Source: Octopus sinensis (taxonomy: Eukaryota). Taken from it: a stretch of DNA of 64,000 bases. The DNA lies in the NCBI RefSeq assembly GCF_006345805.1, contig NC_043019.1, positions 6,261,360 through 6,325,359 of the forward strand, read 5' to 3'. Positions 13,020 through 25,315 of the stretch are shown piece after piece. Position 1 is the first letter of the stretch, and every line of letters begins with the position of its first letter. The notes beneath the pieces were generated by a model. The model saw only the letters and a program-made list of their open reading frames with translations, did no database searches and had not been told where the DNA came from. The translations under genes were made by a program, and so were the position numbers.

Positions 13020-13428
13020 TGTGTGTGTGTGTGTGTGTATGTGTGTGTGTTTGTGTGTGTGTGCCGGTATTTCTGTGTGTGTATGTGTGTGTATTTGGAG
13101 GAATGAAGGTGTATTTACAGTTGTTAGTTATAAATAGAAATCTAAAATATTTTCATGAGAAAAGTACAAAAACAGTTGTAGATATGTTGGACATACAAAT
13201 GTGTGTGTTTGTGTGCGTGTATGAATGTATGTATGAGTGTGCGTGAGTGTGTGTGTGTGTGTGCCTATGTGTGTGTGTGTGTGCCTTTGTGTGTGTGTGC
13301 CTCTGTGTGTGTGTGTGTGTGTGTGCCTCTGTGTGTGTGTGTGCCTCTGTGTGTGTGTGTGCCTCTGTGTGTGTGTGTGTGTGCCTCTGTGTGTTTGTGT
13401 GTGTTTGTGTGTGTGCGTGAGTGTGCGT
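13020..13428. repeat. (TG)n microsatellites and GCCTCT(GT)n minisatellite-like units
   Basis: Direct reading. Confidence 0.9.
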
Positions 13429-14539
13429 TTATCGCTTTACAGAATACTCCAAGGTTCAAAATCAATCTTAGAAAAAAGAGCTTTGAATTATTTTGGAAAC
13501 ATTACCTTTTATAATATATTTTTAATCTTACATTCTTTAGTCGCTCCCGAGCACATCTAGGCTTCATCACCAATCTAGTTCTCAGCCAATCTGAATGCGA
13601 TTTTTTTTTAGTAATTATGGTCCAGTCCTTTAAAAAAAAGTTAAAATATTTAAGGTCAAAAATGAGAGAACAAGACGAAAACTTGGCTTTGAATCGAAAT
13701 ATTTGTTATTTTATAAGAAAAGTATAAATTAATAGGGTTTTTAAAATGTGTTCATTGAGGAGATTCTTTTGGTGAAAACCTCGTTAAAATCTATTCGCTA
13801 CGAAATAGAGTGGCTTCAAGTACCGTAAAAAAGCCAAGCAACCTCCAAAATTGACTTCGAAGTTATCTCGGCTATTATAAAAGGAAACTATTCAGTTGGT
13901 TCTGTTCTAATGAAAGAGCTCTATGAGGTGAATCTTATGGTGAAAACGACCTCGGCATAAAAATATTAGCTACAAAATAACTGGTTTGTTTTTAAGTGAC
14001 GAAAATGAAGGTGAGCATTTTAACAAAATCAAAGTATTTTTGTCATTTTGAGTGAAAAATATTTGCACTCAAATGAATGTTATCGAGACATATTTTAGTG
14101 AACATCAGGTCCAAAGTTATTAAGCATAAAACTGTTGATTTTTAAAAATTTTATATTAATTGTTATTATTATGTTAATGTATTAAAATATGTACGTATTA
14201 AAAACATATCGAAATAAAATATCACTAATATCATTAAAAAAAACTATAAATTATTTAATAAAAATGTCTTTATTTGTAAAAATATATTTATTCGCAATGG
14301 AAATGTACAGTATAAGAAAATTTAAAACATTGATGCTGAAGTTAGAATTTGGTAAATGAATTTCGGAAATTGTTCGTCAAATAGTGATTGCACTTTTTTG
14401 TTTTTATATTTTTTTGCTGTTTATTATAATTTTTTAAAAGTTTAAGTTAATTGTTTTTATTTAAAATTTCCTTCGTATTCAGCTAAAACATTTGTATTAT
14501 TCTTACTATTATATTATTGTTTTAAAAATTTTACTTTCT

Positions 14540-14688
14540 TAGGAGTGGCTCTGTGGTAAGTAGCTTGCTTACTGACCACATGGTTCCGGGTTCGGTCCCA
14601 CTGCGTAACACCTTGGGCAAGTGTTTTCTACCCTTGTGAGTGGATTTCGTAGACGGTAACTGAAAGAAGCCCGTCATATATATGTATG

Positions 14689-14700
<12 letters not shown>
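14540..14700 (+). mobile_element. SINE family A, 5' partial with internal deletion
   Basis: Head and first part of body only. Confidence 0.8.
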
Positions 14701-14723
<23 letters not shown>

Positions 14724-14731
14724 TATATATA

Positions 14732-14896
14732 GGCGTAGGAGTCGCTGTGTGATAAGTAGCTTGCTAACGAACCACATGGTTCCGAGTTCAGTCCCACTGC
14801 GTGGTACCTTGGGCAAGTGTCTTCTACTATAGCCTTGGGCCGACCAAAGGCTTGTGAGTGAATTTGGTAGACGGAAACTGAAAGAACCCCGTCGTA

Positions 14897-14965
<69 letters not shown>

Positions 14966-15281
14966 TATTATATTATATACATACATACATACATACATAC
15001 GTACGTAGCGTATGTATGTATGTATGTATGTATGTATGTATGTATGTATGTATAATGTATGCGTGTCTGTGTTTGTCCCCCAACATTGCTTGACAACCGA
15101 TGCTGGTGTGTTTACATCCCCGTAACTTAGCGGTTCGGCAAAAAAGAATCCGATAGAATAAGTACTAGGCTTACAAAGAATAAGCCCTGTGGTCGATTTG
15201 CTCTATCGACTAAAGGCGGTGCTCCAGCATGGCCCCATTCAAATGACTGAAACAAGTAAAAGAGCAAAAGAGCAAAAGAGT
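14732..15281 (+). mobile_element. SINE family A with expanded internal microsatellite
   Basis: Full consensus, internal (TA)n(TATG)n, AAAAGAG tail. Confidence 0.92.
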
Positions 15282-15679
15282 AAAACTCATTATCCGAAAA
15301 ATTTCAAATCACAGACATCTTCTTATAGAATCATACTCATATAGAACATAAACGCAATTCAAAAAGAAGAATAAAAAGAAGTAAAACAATTTTTGACGAC
15401 ACAAAAAAATGTCTTTAAAGTTTGCATAACCAGATAACAAAGTATTTTCTATTTACTGTGAGAAGAATATTTCGAAAGATGAAAACTAATGAAGAAACTG
15501 CATGTTATGATATATTTCCTTAAAGTTTGCATTATAAATATCAAAGTACATTCTATTTGCAGACAGAAAAATATTTTCCAAAATGAAAGTCAATGAACAA
15601 TTTGAGTGCAAAATGTAGAAATAACTATAGCATTTTTCTTTAAATTTAGTTTACATTGATCTTATGTAATTTTTAAATA

Positions 15680-16237
15680 TTGGGTTGTCCGGAAAGTTCG
15701 TGCCAATTTATAGCAGCTTACCTTTCGACTTATTTTAGAACATGGTTGAGTCCATAAAATACGATTTGACTACACCTCCATTTAGAGTACAGTTTAAGCT
15801 ATCTTTTCATGGAAGAAGGTTTATGTTCCTATAACCTGTGTTAATTCTTTAAAATGGAAGATAAGAAAGTTCATTTTCGGCACTTTCTGCTTTGGGAACC
15901 AGACAAAAATTGCTCCAGCTCGGCTGGGATGTGTTACCCCACCTTCCATATTCACCAGATATTGCTCCTTCAGATTTCCACTTATTCAGGTTTCTGCAGA
16001 ATAGTCTTAATGGTAAAAATTTCAATTCCTTGGATGACGTAAAAAGATACCTTGATGAATTCTCTGCCGTGAAATCACCTCAATTCTGGGAAGAGGATGT
16101 TTTCAAGTTAAAGGAAAGATGGAGATGCATTGTGCAACAAAATGGTTAATATTTGGTTGATTAAAAATGTAATGGCAAGTATTTATTTAGCTTTTTCTTT
16201 CCTTTAAAAATCGGCACGAACTTTCCAGATAACCCAA
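15680..16237 (+). mobile_element. Internally deleted mariner transposon
   Basis: ~30-bp TIRs TTGGGTTGTCCGGAAAGTTCGTGCC / GGCACGAACTTTCCAGATAACCCAA, TA on both sides; retains MEDKKVHFRH start and HLPYSPDIAPSDFHLF C-terminus. Confidence 0.93.
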
Positions 16238-16662
16238 TATATAAAGCACTAAATTTGTTATATTAAATTTTTAATGAATAATCCCTTGGGCAATTAATCT
16301 TTTCGCTAATATTGAAAATAAAGAACTTCTTGAGTATTTTAACTTAATTTTTTATATAACAATAAAAAATACAAAAGGGCATTGTTACTATGTTAGTTTT
16401 CAAATTGTAACTTCAGAAGCAATAATTTTTTATCTTTCTTCTCTTTTGCCCAGAACTTTTCCAGGCTTAATTACTTTTCAAAGTTCAATACATACGAATA
16501 TTCTAGCACTCTGTGCCCGCATTTTTCATTCTATTGTTGTTTTTCCTATACATCTCCTCATCCAATGCTTAAGAATATTCTAGCACTCTGCACCCGTATT
16601 TTTTATCCTTGTCTAGTAGATAAATTCTAAGTAATTATATTGACTGTGAGAGAGAGAGAGAT

Positions 16663-16751
<89 letters not shown>

Positions 16752-16859
16752 GGTGTGCCCTTGGGAATGTAAGCAAATACTGACCCTTTCGTAAATTTCA
16801 ATGTACGAAACTCTTACCTTTCAGTCATTCTATAACTTCCCAGCTATTATTTCTAATGA

Positions 16860-17094
16860 GAACGGTGAAGACCATTTACCAAACAATATGAAATATTATT
16901 AACTAAAACCATTTTAAAATAAAACCCTCGAACAACGCGGACTTAAGTTTGTGGGACATCGTTGGTGAAAAAAACGTAGGTCATCTGTGGCTGAGGGAAC
17001 TAGTTGACGGTAAAAGAAGAGGAAGACCTTGCTGAACGTAGGTACAACATGGATTGGCAGATAGAACAATGTGTTCTGAGTTATGAAAAACAGT
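16860..17094 (+). mobile_element. Possible decayed RTE-like LINE 3' fragment
   Basis: LEQRGLKFVGH...RRGRP resembles RRVQFAGH...TRGR of the element at 51300-52427. Confidence 0.35.
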
Positions 17095-17345
17095 AAACAT
17101 CCTTCCCGAGCCACAGGCTCATAAAGCCTGTTTCTCTAGATTTTGTGGCTGAAATATTTCCCCACTGGACGGGTCGCCAGTTCGTGGCAGGATTACTCAT
17201 CTTTCCAGCTGAGATAGATGACTGGACCAACGTGAAATGAAGCATTTTGCTCAAAAACTAAAAATGCACCACTCGGTCCACGAATCGAAATCACTATCTT
17301 ACGGTTATATGTGCGAAACCGTAACCACTAAACCACGCGCCTCCA
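17095..17345 (-). mobile_element. SINE family B, diverged
   Basis: Reverse complement of GGAGGCGCGTGGTTTAGTGGTTA head and family B body. Confidence 0.75.
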
Positions 17346-17439
17346 CGTTCGTAGTTATGGGGACACTGTAAAGCATGAACATCACAGCATCGCATTACCT
17401 TCGCCTCGCTAAATAAATACACAAAAAGTACAATTCGAT

Positions 17440-17664
17440 CAGCAGCAGCAGCAACAATGGCAGTAGAAGCAGCAGCAGCAGTGTCTACAACCTTGACACT
17501 ATCATCACCACCACCATCATTATTACCACCATCATCATCATCACCATCATCACCATCATCACCATCATCATCATCATCATCACCATCATCATCATCACCA
17601 CCACCATCATCATCATCCTCATCATCATCATCATCATCCTCATCATCATCATCATCATCATCAT

Positions 17665-17714
<50 letters not shown>

Positions 17715-17733
17715 ACAACATCACCACCATCAC

Positions 17734-17769
<36 letters not shown>

Positions 17770-17950
17770 TACCACCATCATGCTTATCGCAATCATCACC
17801 ATCACCTCTATCACCATCATCATCATCATCGTCGTTGTCGTAGTCACTATCATCATCATCTTCAATATTATACAATTCACGACTTTATCACTGTCATTAT
17901 AATTATCGTTATCAGCATCATCACCATTGTCACCATCAGTCGTCACCATT
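17440..17950. repeat. (CAT/CAC)n trinucleotide array
   Basis: Direct reading. Confidence 0.95.
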
Positions 17951-18163
17951 GTCTCTATCGTCTTTTTTCTAATTGGAAAAACTCCATCTTACATACTTCT
18001 TGCTGTTAGATGACAGCAACAACAACAACAACAACGATAATAACAATAACGGCAACAAAAACAACAGCTTCGAACGCAGTATGAATGATGAGGATAATGA
18101 CAGAGATAGATTCTAAGCGGTCGTTCCATTTAAAAGTGCGAATGCTTCTATTCTATACATATA

Positions 18164-18335
18164 GGCACAGGAGTGGCTGTGTGGTAAGTAGCTTGCTTAC
18201 CAACCACATGGTTCCGGGTTCTGTCCCACTGCGTGGTACCTTGGGCAAGTGCCTTCCACTATAGCCTCGGGCCAACCAAGACCTTGTGAGTGGATTTGGT
18301 AGACGGAAACTGAAAGAAGCCTGTCGTATATATGT

Positions 18336-18373
<38 letters not shown>

Positions 18374-18605
18374 TGTGTGTATGTTTGTGTGTCTGTGTTT
18401 GTCCCTCTAGCATTGTTTGACAACCGATGCTGGTGTGTTTATGTCCCCGTTACTTAGCGGTTCGGCAAAAAGAGACCGATAGAATAAGTACTGGGCTTAC
18501 AAAAGAATAAGTCCCGCGGTCGAGTTGCTCGATTAAAGGCGGTGCTCCAGCATGGCCGCAGTCAAAATGACTGAAACAAGGAAAAAGAAAGAAAAAGAAA
18601 GAAAA
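18164..18605 (+). mobile_element. SINE family A
   Basis: Full consensus. Confidence 0.92.
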
Positions 18606-18609
18606 ATAG

Positions 18610-18890
18610 CAACATTACACAAAGGTGGATATCCTCGAAAATACACCAAATCCCAACAATACACAACCTCCACGCCTTTCCTGGATATTGTCGGCGATAT
18701 CATTAACAGATTCATTAAACTTCATTCCCACAACACTCAGACCTAAACTCGATGATTTAACCCCGATGTTATCTCTTATAGAAGTCCTCTATCTGATCAG
18801 CCAGACGTTAACCAGTTGGTTGTCCGCACCATTCCTTGCAGGATATATTGTTTCGGTCTAACCTCCTCAGAGATTAATAACTTCTGATCA
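18610..18890 (+). mobile_element. Possible decayed Penelope-like fragment (region preceding and entering GIY-YIG)
   Basis: Remnants GGYP...PFLDIVGDII and VVRTIPCRIYCFGLT loosely echo PLE NGYP...VVY.IPC..Y.G.T; weak. Confidence 0.25.
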
Positions 18891-18901
18891 TCGCTGTGAA
18901 A

Positions 18902-19217
18902 AGGAGGCGCAATGGCCTAGTGGTTAGGGCAGCGGACTCGCGGTCGGAGGATCGCGGTTTCGATTCCCAGACCGGGCGTTGAGTGTGTTTATTGAGCGAA
19001 AGCACCTAAAGCTCCACGAGGCTCCGGCAGAGGGTAGTGGCGACACCTGTTGTACTCTTTCGCCCCAACTTTCACTCTTTCCTCCTGTTTCTTGAGTAAC
19101 GCCGCGATGGACTGGCGTCCCGTCCAGCAGGGGGGGAGGGACACATACGCCATAGAAACCGGGAAACCGGGCCCTTGAGTCTGGCTAGGCTTGAAAAGGG
19201 CGCATAAATAAATAAAA
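18902..19217 (+). mobile_element. SINE family B
   Basis: tRNA-Arg(TCG)-like head, long middle, GCATAAATAA tail. Confidence 0.9.
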
Positions 19218-19274
19218 TCACTGTGAAAAACACTACCGCTTTGATGGCCACATCTAGAAACAAATCTAGTGCAT

Positions 19275-19383
19275 ATTCTATCGGTCTCCTTTGCCGAACC
19301 TCTAAGTTAAGGGGACGTAAACACACCAGCATCGGTTGTCAAGCGATGGTGGTGGGGACAAACACAGACACACAAATACATAC

Positions 19384-19436
<53 letters not shown>

Positions 19437-19606
19437 CATGTATGTATACGACGGGCTTCTTTCTGTTTCTGTCTACAAAATCCACTCACAGGGCTTTGGT
19501 CGGCCCGAGGTAATAGTAGGATACCCGTGCCCAAAGTGCCACGCAGTGGGAATGAACCCGGAACCATGTGGTTGGTAAGCAAGCTACTTACCACACAGCC
19601 ACTCCT
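19275..19606 (-). mobile_element. SINE family A, 3' truncated
   Basis: Consensus match with internal (TG)n. Confidence 0.85.
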
Positions 19607-19834
19607 GATATATATAAAATGCAGAGTCATCTTTGCCTTGTAAAGGAGTGCCAAGGATTACTACTTCCAAGCACAGCTGCAAACAGCAAAGTGAGCTGGA
19701 ACGTTAAACCTTAGTGCGCATGCACACTACGTTTAAGGTCAATCTGTGCCAAACGACATTACTCTTCGTGTATGTTGCTTCGTTACTATGGCAACAATCT
19801 GGATACTTATTGATCAGACCACGTATATATATAT

Positions 19835-19868
<34 letters not shown>

Positions 19869-19945
19869 CATTTAATAGAAATAACATTATTATTTCTAAA
19901 TCACTCAGAGATATTCAATAACAGTTCTTTTTTAAAGTAAAGACT

Positions 19946-20187
19946 TTCTTTTATTCTGTTATTTGTTTTAGTCATTTGACTGCGGCCATGCTGGAGCACC
20001 GCCTTTAGTCGAACAAATCGACCCCAGGACTTGTTCTTTATAAGCCTAGTACTTATTCTATTGGTCTCTTTTGTCGAACCGCTAAGTTATGGGGACGTGA
20101 ACACACCAACATCGGTTGTCAAGCGATGGTAAGGGACAAACACAGACACACAAACACGCACACACACAGACACACACACACACACAA

Positions 20188-20222
<35 letters not shown>

Positions 20223-20295
20223 CTCTATTTATGTATATATATATAGTCTTTATATATATATGTATATACTTATATATATATGTGTGTGTGTGTGT

Positions 20296-20351
<56 letters not shown>

Positions 20352-20590
20352 AGTTAATCCAAGCATGAACAAAGAGAAAACACAACAACGCTCAGGAAAG
20401 GAAAGAAAGAAGGAGTATTTAACGTTTCGAGCGGAGCTCTTCGTCAGAAACATAGAAAAAGGAGAGGTGCAAGGGAAGGAAGACGGAGAAAGAAAATCGC
20501 CAACGATACACACGCGGTCACACATGTAGTGGAACTGAACCCGGAAACACCTGATTGAGAAGCAAGCTTCTTACCACACAGCCAAGCATA
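19946..20590 (-). mobile_element. SINE family A, disrupted (3' part 19946-20200, head 20527-20590)
   Basis: Two consensus segments separated by microsatellite and an unrelated insert. Confidence 0.75.
20416..20452 (-). ncRNA. Putative minimal type I hammerhead ribozyme motif
   Basis: Minus strand UGUUU-CUGACGA-A-GAGC-UCC-GCUC-GAAA-CG-UU-AAAUA: catalytic core, 4-bp stem II, palindromic AACGUU stem III, 5-bp stem I. Confidence 0.5.
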
Positions 20591-21054
20591 CACGTATAGC
20601 AGCGTCGATGACTAGCAGACGGAAACTTCAATGACAGTGCTACCTCACTTCTTTTAAAAGCTAAATAAACATGTATTCAAGAAAATAAGTTGTGATTAAT
20701 TCTTTAGCCTTTGTTAAACTGTTATAGTTGACATCAAACACAAACATTAATACGTTAATTAATGTATGTGTCTCTGTTTGTGTGTCTGTGTGTGTGTATG
20801 TGTGTGTGTCTGTGTCTGTGTCTGTGTCTTATGTGTATTTGTATATGCGTATGCGTGTGTGTGCGTGTCTGTGTCTTATGTGTGTTTGTATATACGTATG
20901 CGTGTGTGTGTGGTGGTGTGTGTGTGTGTGTGCCTGTATGTGTGCGTACATATGAATAGATAGATATTTGTGCGTATATATATTAATACATCTTTCATTA
21001 TTCAAAATTTATCTTCAAAATCTCTAAAAACGATGTCAAAATCACTAAAAACGA

Positions 21055-21405
21055 TGTGGTGGTGGCGGTGGCGGCGGCGGCGGCGGCGGTGGTGGTGGTG
21101 GTGGTGGTGGTGGCGGCGGTGGCGGCGGTGGCGGTAATGGTGATGGCGGCGGCGGCGGTGGTGGTGGTGGCGGCGGCGACGGCGGTGGCGGTAATGGTGG
21201 TGGTGGTGATGATGGTATGGTGTCGGCGGCGGCGGCGGTGGTGGTGGTTGTGGCGGCGGCGACGGTCGCATTGACGTCATCGTCGTTGATGCTGTTATTA
21301 TTTCTATGGCTGAAGTTTCCGTTGCTGTTGCCGTCGTTGTTGTTGTTGCATGATGCTGCTGCTGCTGCTGCTACTGTTATCTTTGTTGCTGTTGTTGCTG
21401 GTGGT
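21055..21405. repeat. (GGT/GGC)n and (GCT/GTT)n trinucleotide repeats
   Basis: Direct reading. Confidence 0.93.
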
Positions 21406-21591
21406 GTTCTTTATTTAATATTTGTTGATTCTATTTAACTTCAGAGCAGCCATGAAAATGATCAAAAGGCATTCTAACCATGACACTCGCTCTCAAATGT
21501 TATCCAATGAGTCTTGTACATAATCTTTTTAAAAAACCCAAAATGACAGATGATTTAAGGGAACTTTGGAAATTATTTCTATCAACGTATA

Positions 21592-22012
21592 GGCGTAGGA
21601 GTGGCTGTGTGGTAAGTAGCTTGCTAACCAACCACATGGTTCCAGATTCAATCCCACTCCGTGGCACCTTGGGCAAGTGTCTTCTACTATAGCCTCGAGC
21701 CGACCAAAGCCTTGTGAGGGGATTTGGTAGACGGAAACTGAAAGAAGCCCGTCGTATATATGTATATATGTATATATCTATGTGTGTGTGTATGTGTTTG
21801 TGTGTCTGTGTTTGTTTCCCCAACATCGCTCGACAACCGATGCTGGTGTGTTTACGTCCCCCGTAACTTAGCAGTTCGGCAAAAGAGACCGATAGAATAA
21901 GTACTAGGCTTACAAAGAATAAGTCCTGGGGTCGATTTGCTCGATCGACTAAAGGCGGTGCTCTAGCATGACCACAGTCAAATGACTGAAACAAGTAAAA
22001 GAGTAAAAAAGT
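21592..22012 (+). mobile_element. SINE family A
   Basis: Full consensus. Confidence 0.92.
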
Positions 22013-22705
22013 AAAGTCTAGCAAACAAGTAAAGACTCTTATTTCTTGTCTCTTTTTAAATAAATCTAAAAAAGTTGCTTGGTTTCACCGCCAATGGCTT
22101 GACTCGTCTATCATATTGGATGATTAGATCGCAGTGCAAAAAAACGAGATAATATCTTAAGAAAATTTTGGTCACGACTGAAGAGATTGATTGTCATCAA
22201 TCAATCATAACCCGACGGTGTTTGTCTCACTCAATTAAATCTCCAGTGTTTCATGCCTTATTACAGACAATAATGGTTGACTATCATGCTGTTCAGGGAC
22301 TGTTTTTTTTTTAACATCATGCTTTACATCCTTAACAAGCAAGCAATTGATGACAGCCAATTTGATGAACTTATCGCTATAACCGGCGCCATGTTCGTTC
22401 AGTTTAGTTTGTTAGAAAATTTTATAATATTATTTATTACATAAGCACATGGTTTAGTTTCAAATTTGGAGAGGAATCTGGTTGAATTTATCGACCCTAG
22501 TATTTCACTGGTATTGTATTTTATCAACTGTGAAAGGATGAATGACAAAGTTTATTACAATAGGAATTGAACTCAGAACGTAAGAAGCCGTAACTAAATA
22601 AAAACTTTTGAAAGCATTGTCATTATTAAAATTCGTTTTCAATTATCTTCAATAATTTGTTCAGAAGCAATTTTTAAAACTAAACGGAGACTATAAAACT
22701 GACAT

Positions 22706-23000
22706 TCTGTCGATTATGACGACGAGGGTTCCAGTTGATCCGATCAACGGAACAGCCTGCTCGTGAAATTAATGTGCAAGTGGCTGAGCACTCCACAGAC
22801 CTTTAACGTAGTTCTCGGGGAGATTCAGCGTGACACAGAACGGTCAAGGTTGGACCTTTGAATTACAAGTATAACTCAATTTCACCAGCTGAGTGGTCTG
22901 GAACAACGTGAAAAAAAGTGTCTTCTTCAAGGACACAACACACCGCCGGGAATCGAACTCACGACCTTACGATCATGAGCCGAATACACAAACTACGCGA
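22706..23000 (-). mobile_element. SINE family B, alternative tail
   Basis: Tail shared with 37208-37573; short middle shared with 2984-3242. Confidence 0.8.
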
Positions 23001-23038
23001 CTTCAAACACGGACTATACATGACAGCTAAAATAGGTC

Positions 23039-23885
23039 GGATCTTTTCGGTTTGAACGGCAGTTTTTTCTAGCGGTGTCATATGAAATTGTCACCCATAA
23101 TTATGACCCTAGTATTGATCTATTGCATTTCAATCTGTTTTAGGGTTAGGGTTAGGGTTAGTTAGGGTTAGGGTTAGGGTTAGGGGTGGGGGAAGGGTAT
23201 CTTTTTCTTCAGAAATGTAAATAAACCCAATCTGTTTCTTAAACGAGGGACATATTCATACGGCACGGAATGTTTTCACCTCCAATAGACGTCATTGATT
23301 GGTTGAAATTGCAGAAATTGAAGAAAAAAAACAAGGCGCAGGAGTGGCTGTGTGGTAAGTAGCTTGCTAACCAGCCACATGGTTCCGGGTTCAGTCCCAC
23401 TGCGTGGCATCTTGGGCAAGTGTCTTCTGCTATAGCCCCGGGCCGACCAATGCCTTGTGAGTGGATTTGGTAGACGGAAACTGAAAGAAGCCTGTCGTAT
23501 ATATGTATATATATGTTTGTGTGTGTGTGTGTGTCTGTGTCTGTGTTGTCCCCCTAGCATTGCTTGACAACCGATGCTGGTGTGTTTACGTCCCCGTAAC
23601 TTAGCGGTTCGGCAAAAGAGACCGATAGAATAAGTACTGGGCTTACAAAGAATAAGTCCCGGGGTCGATTTGCTCGACTAAAGGCGGTACTCCAGCATGG
23701 CCGCAGTCAAATGACTGAAACAAATAAAAGAGAAAAGAGAAATATCTTACAAACCATAGAATTTTCTCAATAAAGCCAAGAGAAAAAGATGTTTTATAAA
23801 CACATTCTACCAGTATACGAAGTTTAAAAGTGTTTAGTTACGTGGAAATTATTTTTAAAAACTGCCGTTCAAACCGAAAAGATCC
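23039..23885. mobile_element. MITE with 29-bp TIRs, 8-bp TSD and internal telomeric repeats
   Basis: TIRs GGATCTTTTCGGTTTGAACGGCAGTTTTT at 23039-23067 and 23857-23885; TSD AATAGGTC at 23031-23038 and 23886-23893; TTAGGG units at ~23140-23185. Confidence 0.93.
23335..23740 (+). mobile_element. SINE family A nested in the MITE
   Basis: Full consensus. Confidence 0.93.
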
Positions 23886-24418
23886 AATAGGTCTATTATA
23901 CACCCGAGTTGTAAACATGTATTCGAAGTCAAACTAGTTGAATATTTGCAATATAGCAATAAAAACACAAAAAATTAGGATTTTCTCTCGGTCTCCTACG
24001 TTGCCATAAGCAACCCTACCGCTTTTGCATCAACAACCAGTTCTATTTCCTATATTACCATAATCAAATCTGCTTTCCATGCTACAACAACTGATTCTGT
24101 CATATTGCCATAAGCAACTCTTTTTCTATGCCACAAGCTCTGCTTCCTGTCTTACCATTATCAACCCTGCCTCCAACTCTTACAACAACCAACTCTACCT
24201 TCTGTGTTACCATAACCAAGCCTGCTTCTTATACAACAATAACCAACTCTGCTTCCTACGTTACCATAATCTGGCATGCCTTCTATACTACGATATACTC
24301 TGCTGTGATTTGTTTAGTTCATTTTCTTCAATTTCGAGCCAACGAACAAAGCTGAGTATGTGATCGGTCTACACACAAAACATAACAGTCAAATCTTTCT
24401 CGTATGTTTTACAAATAA

Positions 24419-24814
24419 CTAGCAGTATCGCCCGGCGTTGCTCGGGTTTGTAAGGGAAATAACTATATAAGCATTTTTAGAGAGTTATAGCCAAAAGATA
24501 GCAAAAAAATTCATTAAAAATGGAAAAAAAAAATGATGGTAATTTTTTTTTTAAATCGTTGACTCATCGTAGACATTTTTAGAGAGTTACTTCCCTTATA
24601 TAATAGCGAAAAATGCATTAAAATGGAAAAAAAATGATGGTAATTTTTTTTTTAATCGTAGACTCATCGTAGATGCGCGCTAATACCCAGAAGGGCTCGA
24701 TATGAATCACGACTATAAATACCCGTTTTGGTTAAACTGCACGCAAAATGTGGGAGTAGTTAGGAATCTAAATCGTAGGAGACAGACACACAACCTCTCT
24801 TTTATATATAAAGA
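24419..24814 (-). mobile_element. Non-autonomous Helitron
   Basis: Same termini as 10808-11109; internal ~100-bp duplication. Confidence 0.88.
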
Positions 24815-25315
24815 CTAGCAGTATCGCCCGGCGTTGCTCGGGTAAGGGAAATAACTATATAAGCATTTTTAGAGAGTTACTTCCCTTATAAATTCGGGCT
24901 TTCTTAGCCATTTTTGTTTTGGTGTCTTCAAGCCATGAAGTCGTTGTTCTAAAAGAACGCTGGTTTCCTTCACAACGCATTACGACGTTGATTTCTTTAC
25001 ACTCCCTTCCCCACAGCTTCACGAGGGAGGGAAGGGGGAGAAGCAAACAGGTGCAGCTGTGAGCGTGGACGCCAACTCCGCCGCCATCGACACACGATGC
25101 ATTTTATGCATTAAAATGGAATAAAAAATGATGTTAATTATTTTTAAAATCATAGACTCATCGTTGACGCGCGCTAATAGTCAGACGGGCTCGATATGAA
25201 TCACGACTATAAGATACCCGAATTTGGTTAAACTGCACTGCAAAATGTGGGAGGAGTTAGGAATCTAAATCGAAGGGGACAGACACTCACACAACTAGAG
25301 TTTTATATATATAGA
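24815..25315 (-). mobile_element. Non-autonomous Helitron, head-to-tail with the previous copy
   Basis: TC...hairpin-CTAG termini; extra internal segment at about 24890-25100. Confidence 0.88.

Noticed and set aside
17294-17949. Poly-Asp, poly-Ser and poly-Met ORFs
   Set aside because: Alternative frames of one (CAT)n array, with no flanking coding signal
18902-18980. tRNA-Arg-like sequence (and other family A/B heads)
   Set aside because: Runs into SINE body and tail in many copies and lacks a proper acceptor stem; SINE head, not a tRNA gene
21002-21438. His/Arg/Pro-rich and Ala/Val-rich ORFs
   Set aside because: Translations of (GGT/GGC)n repeats
23140-23185. Telomere or chromosome fusion site
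   Set aside because: Only about seven units in a single orientation, inside a TIR/TSD-bounded element
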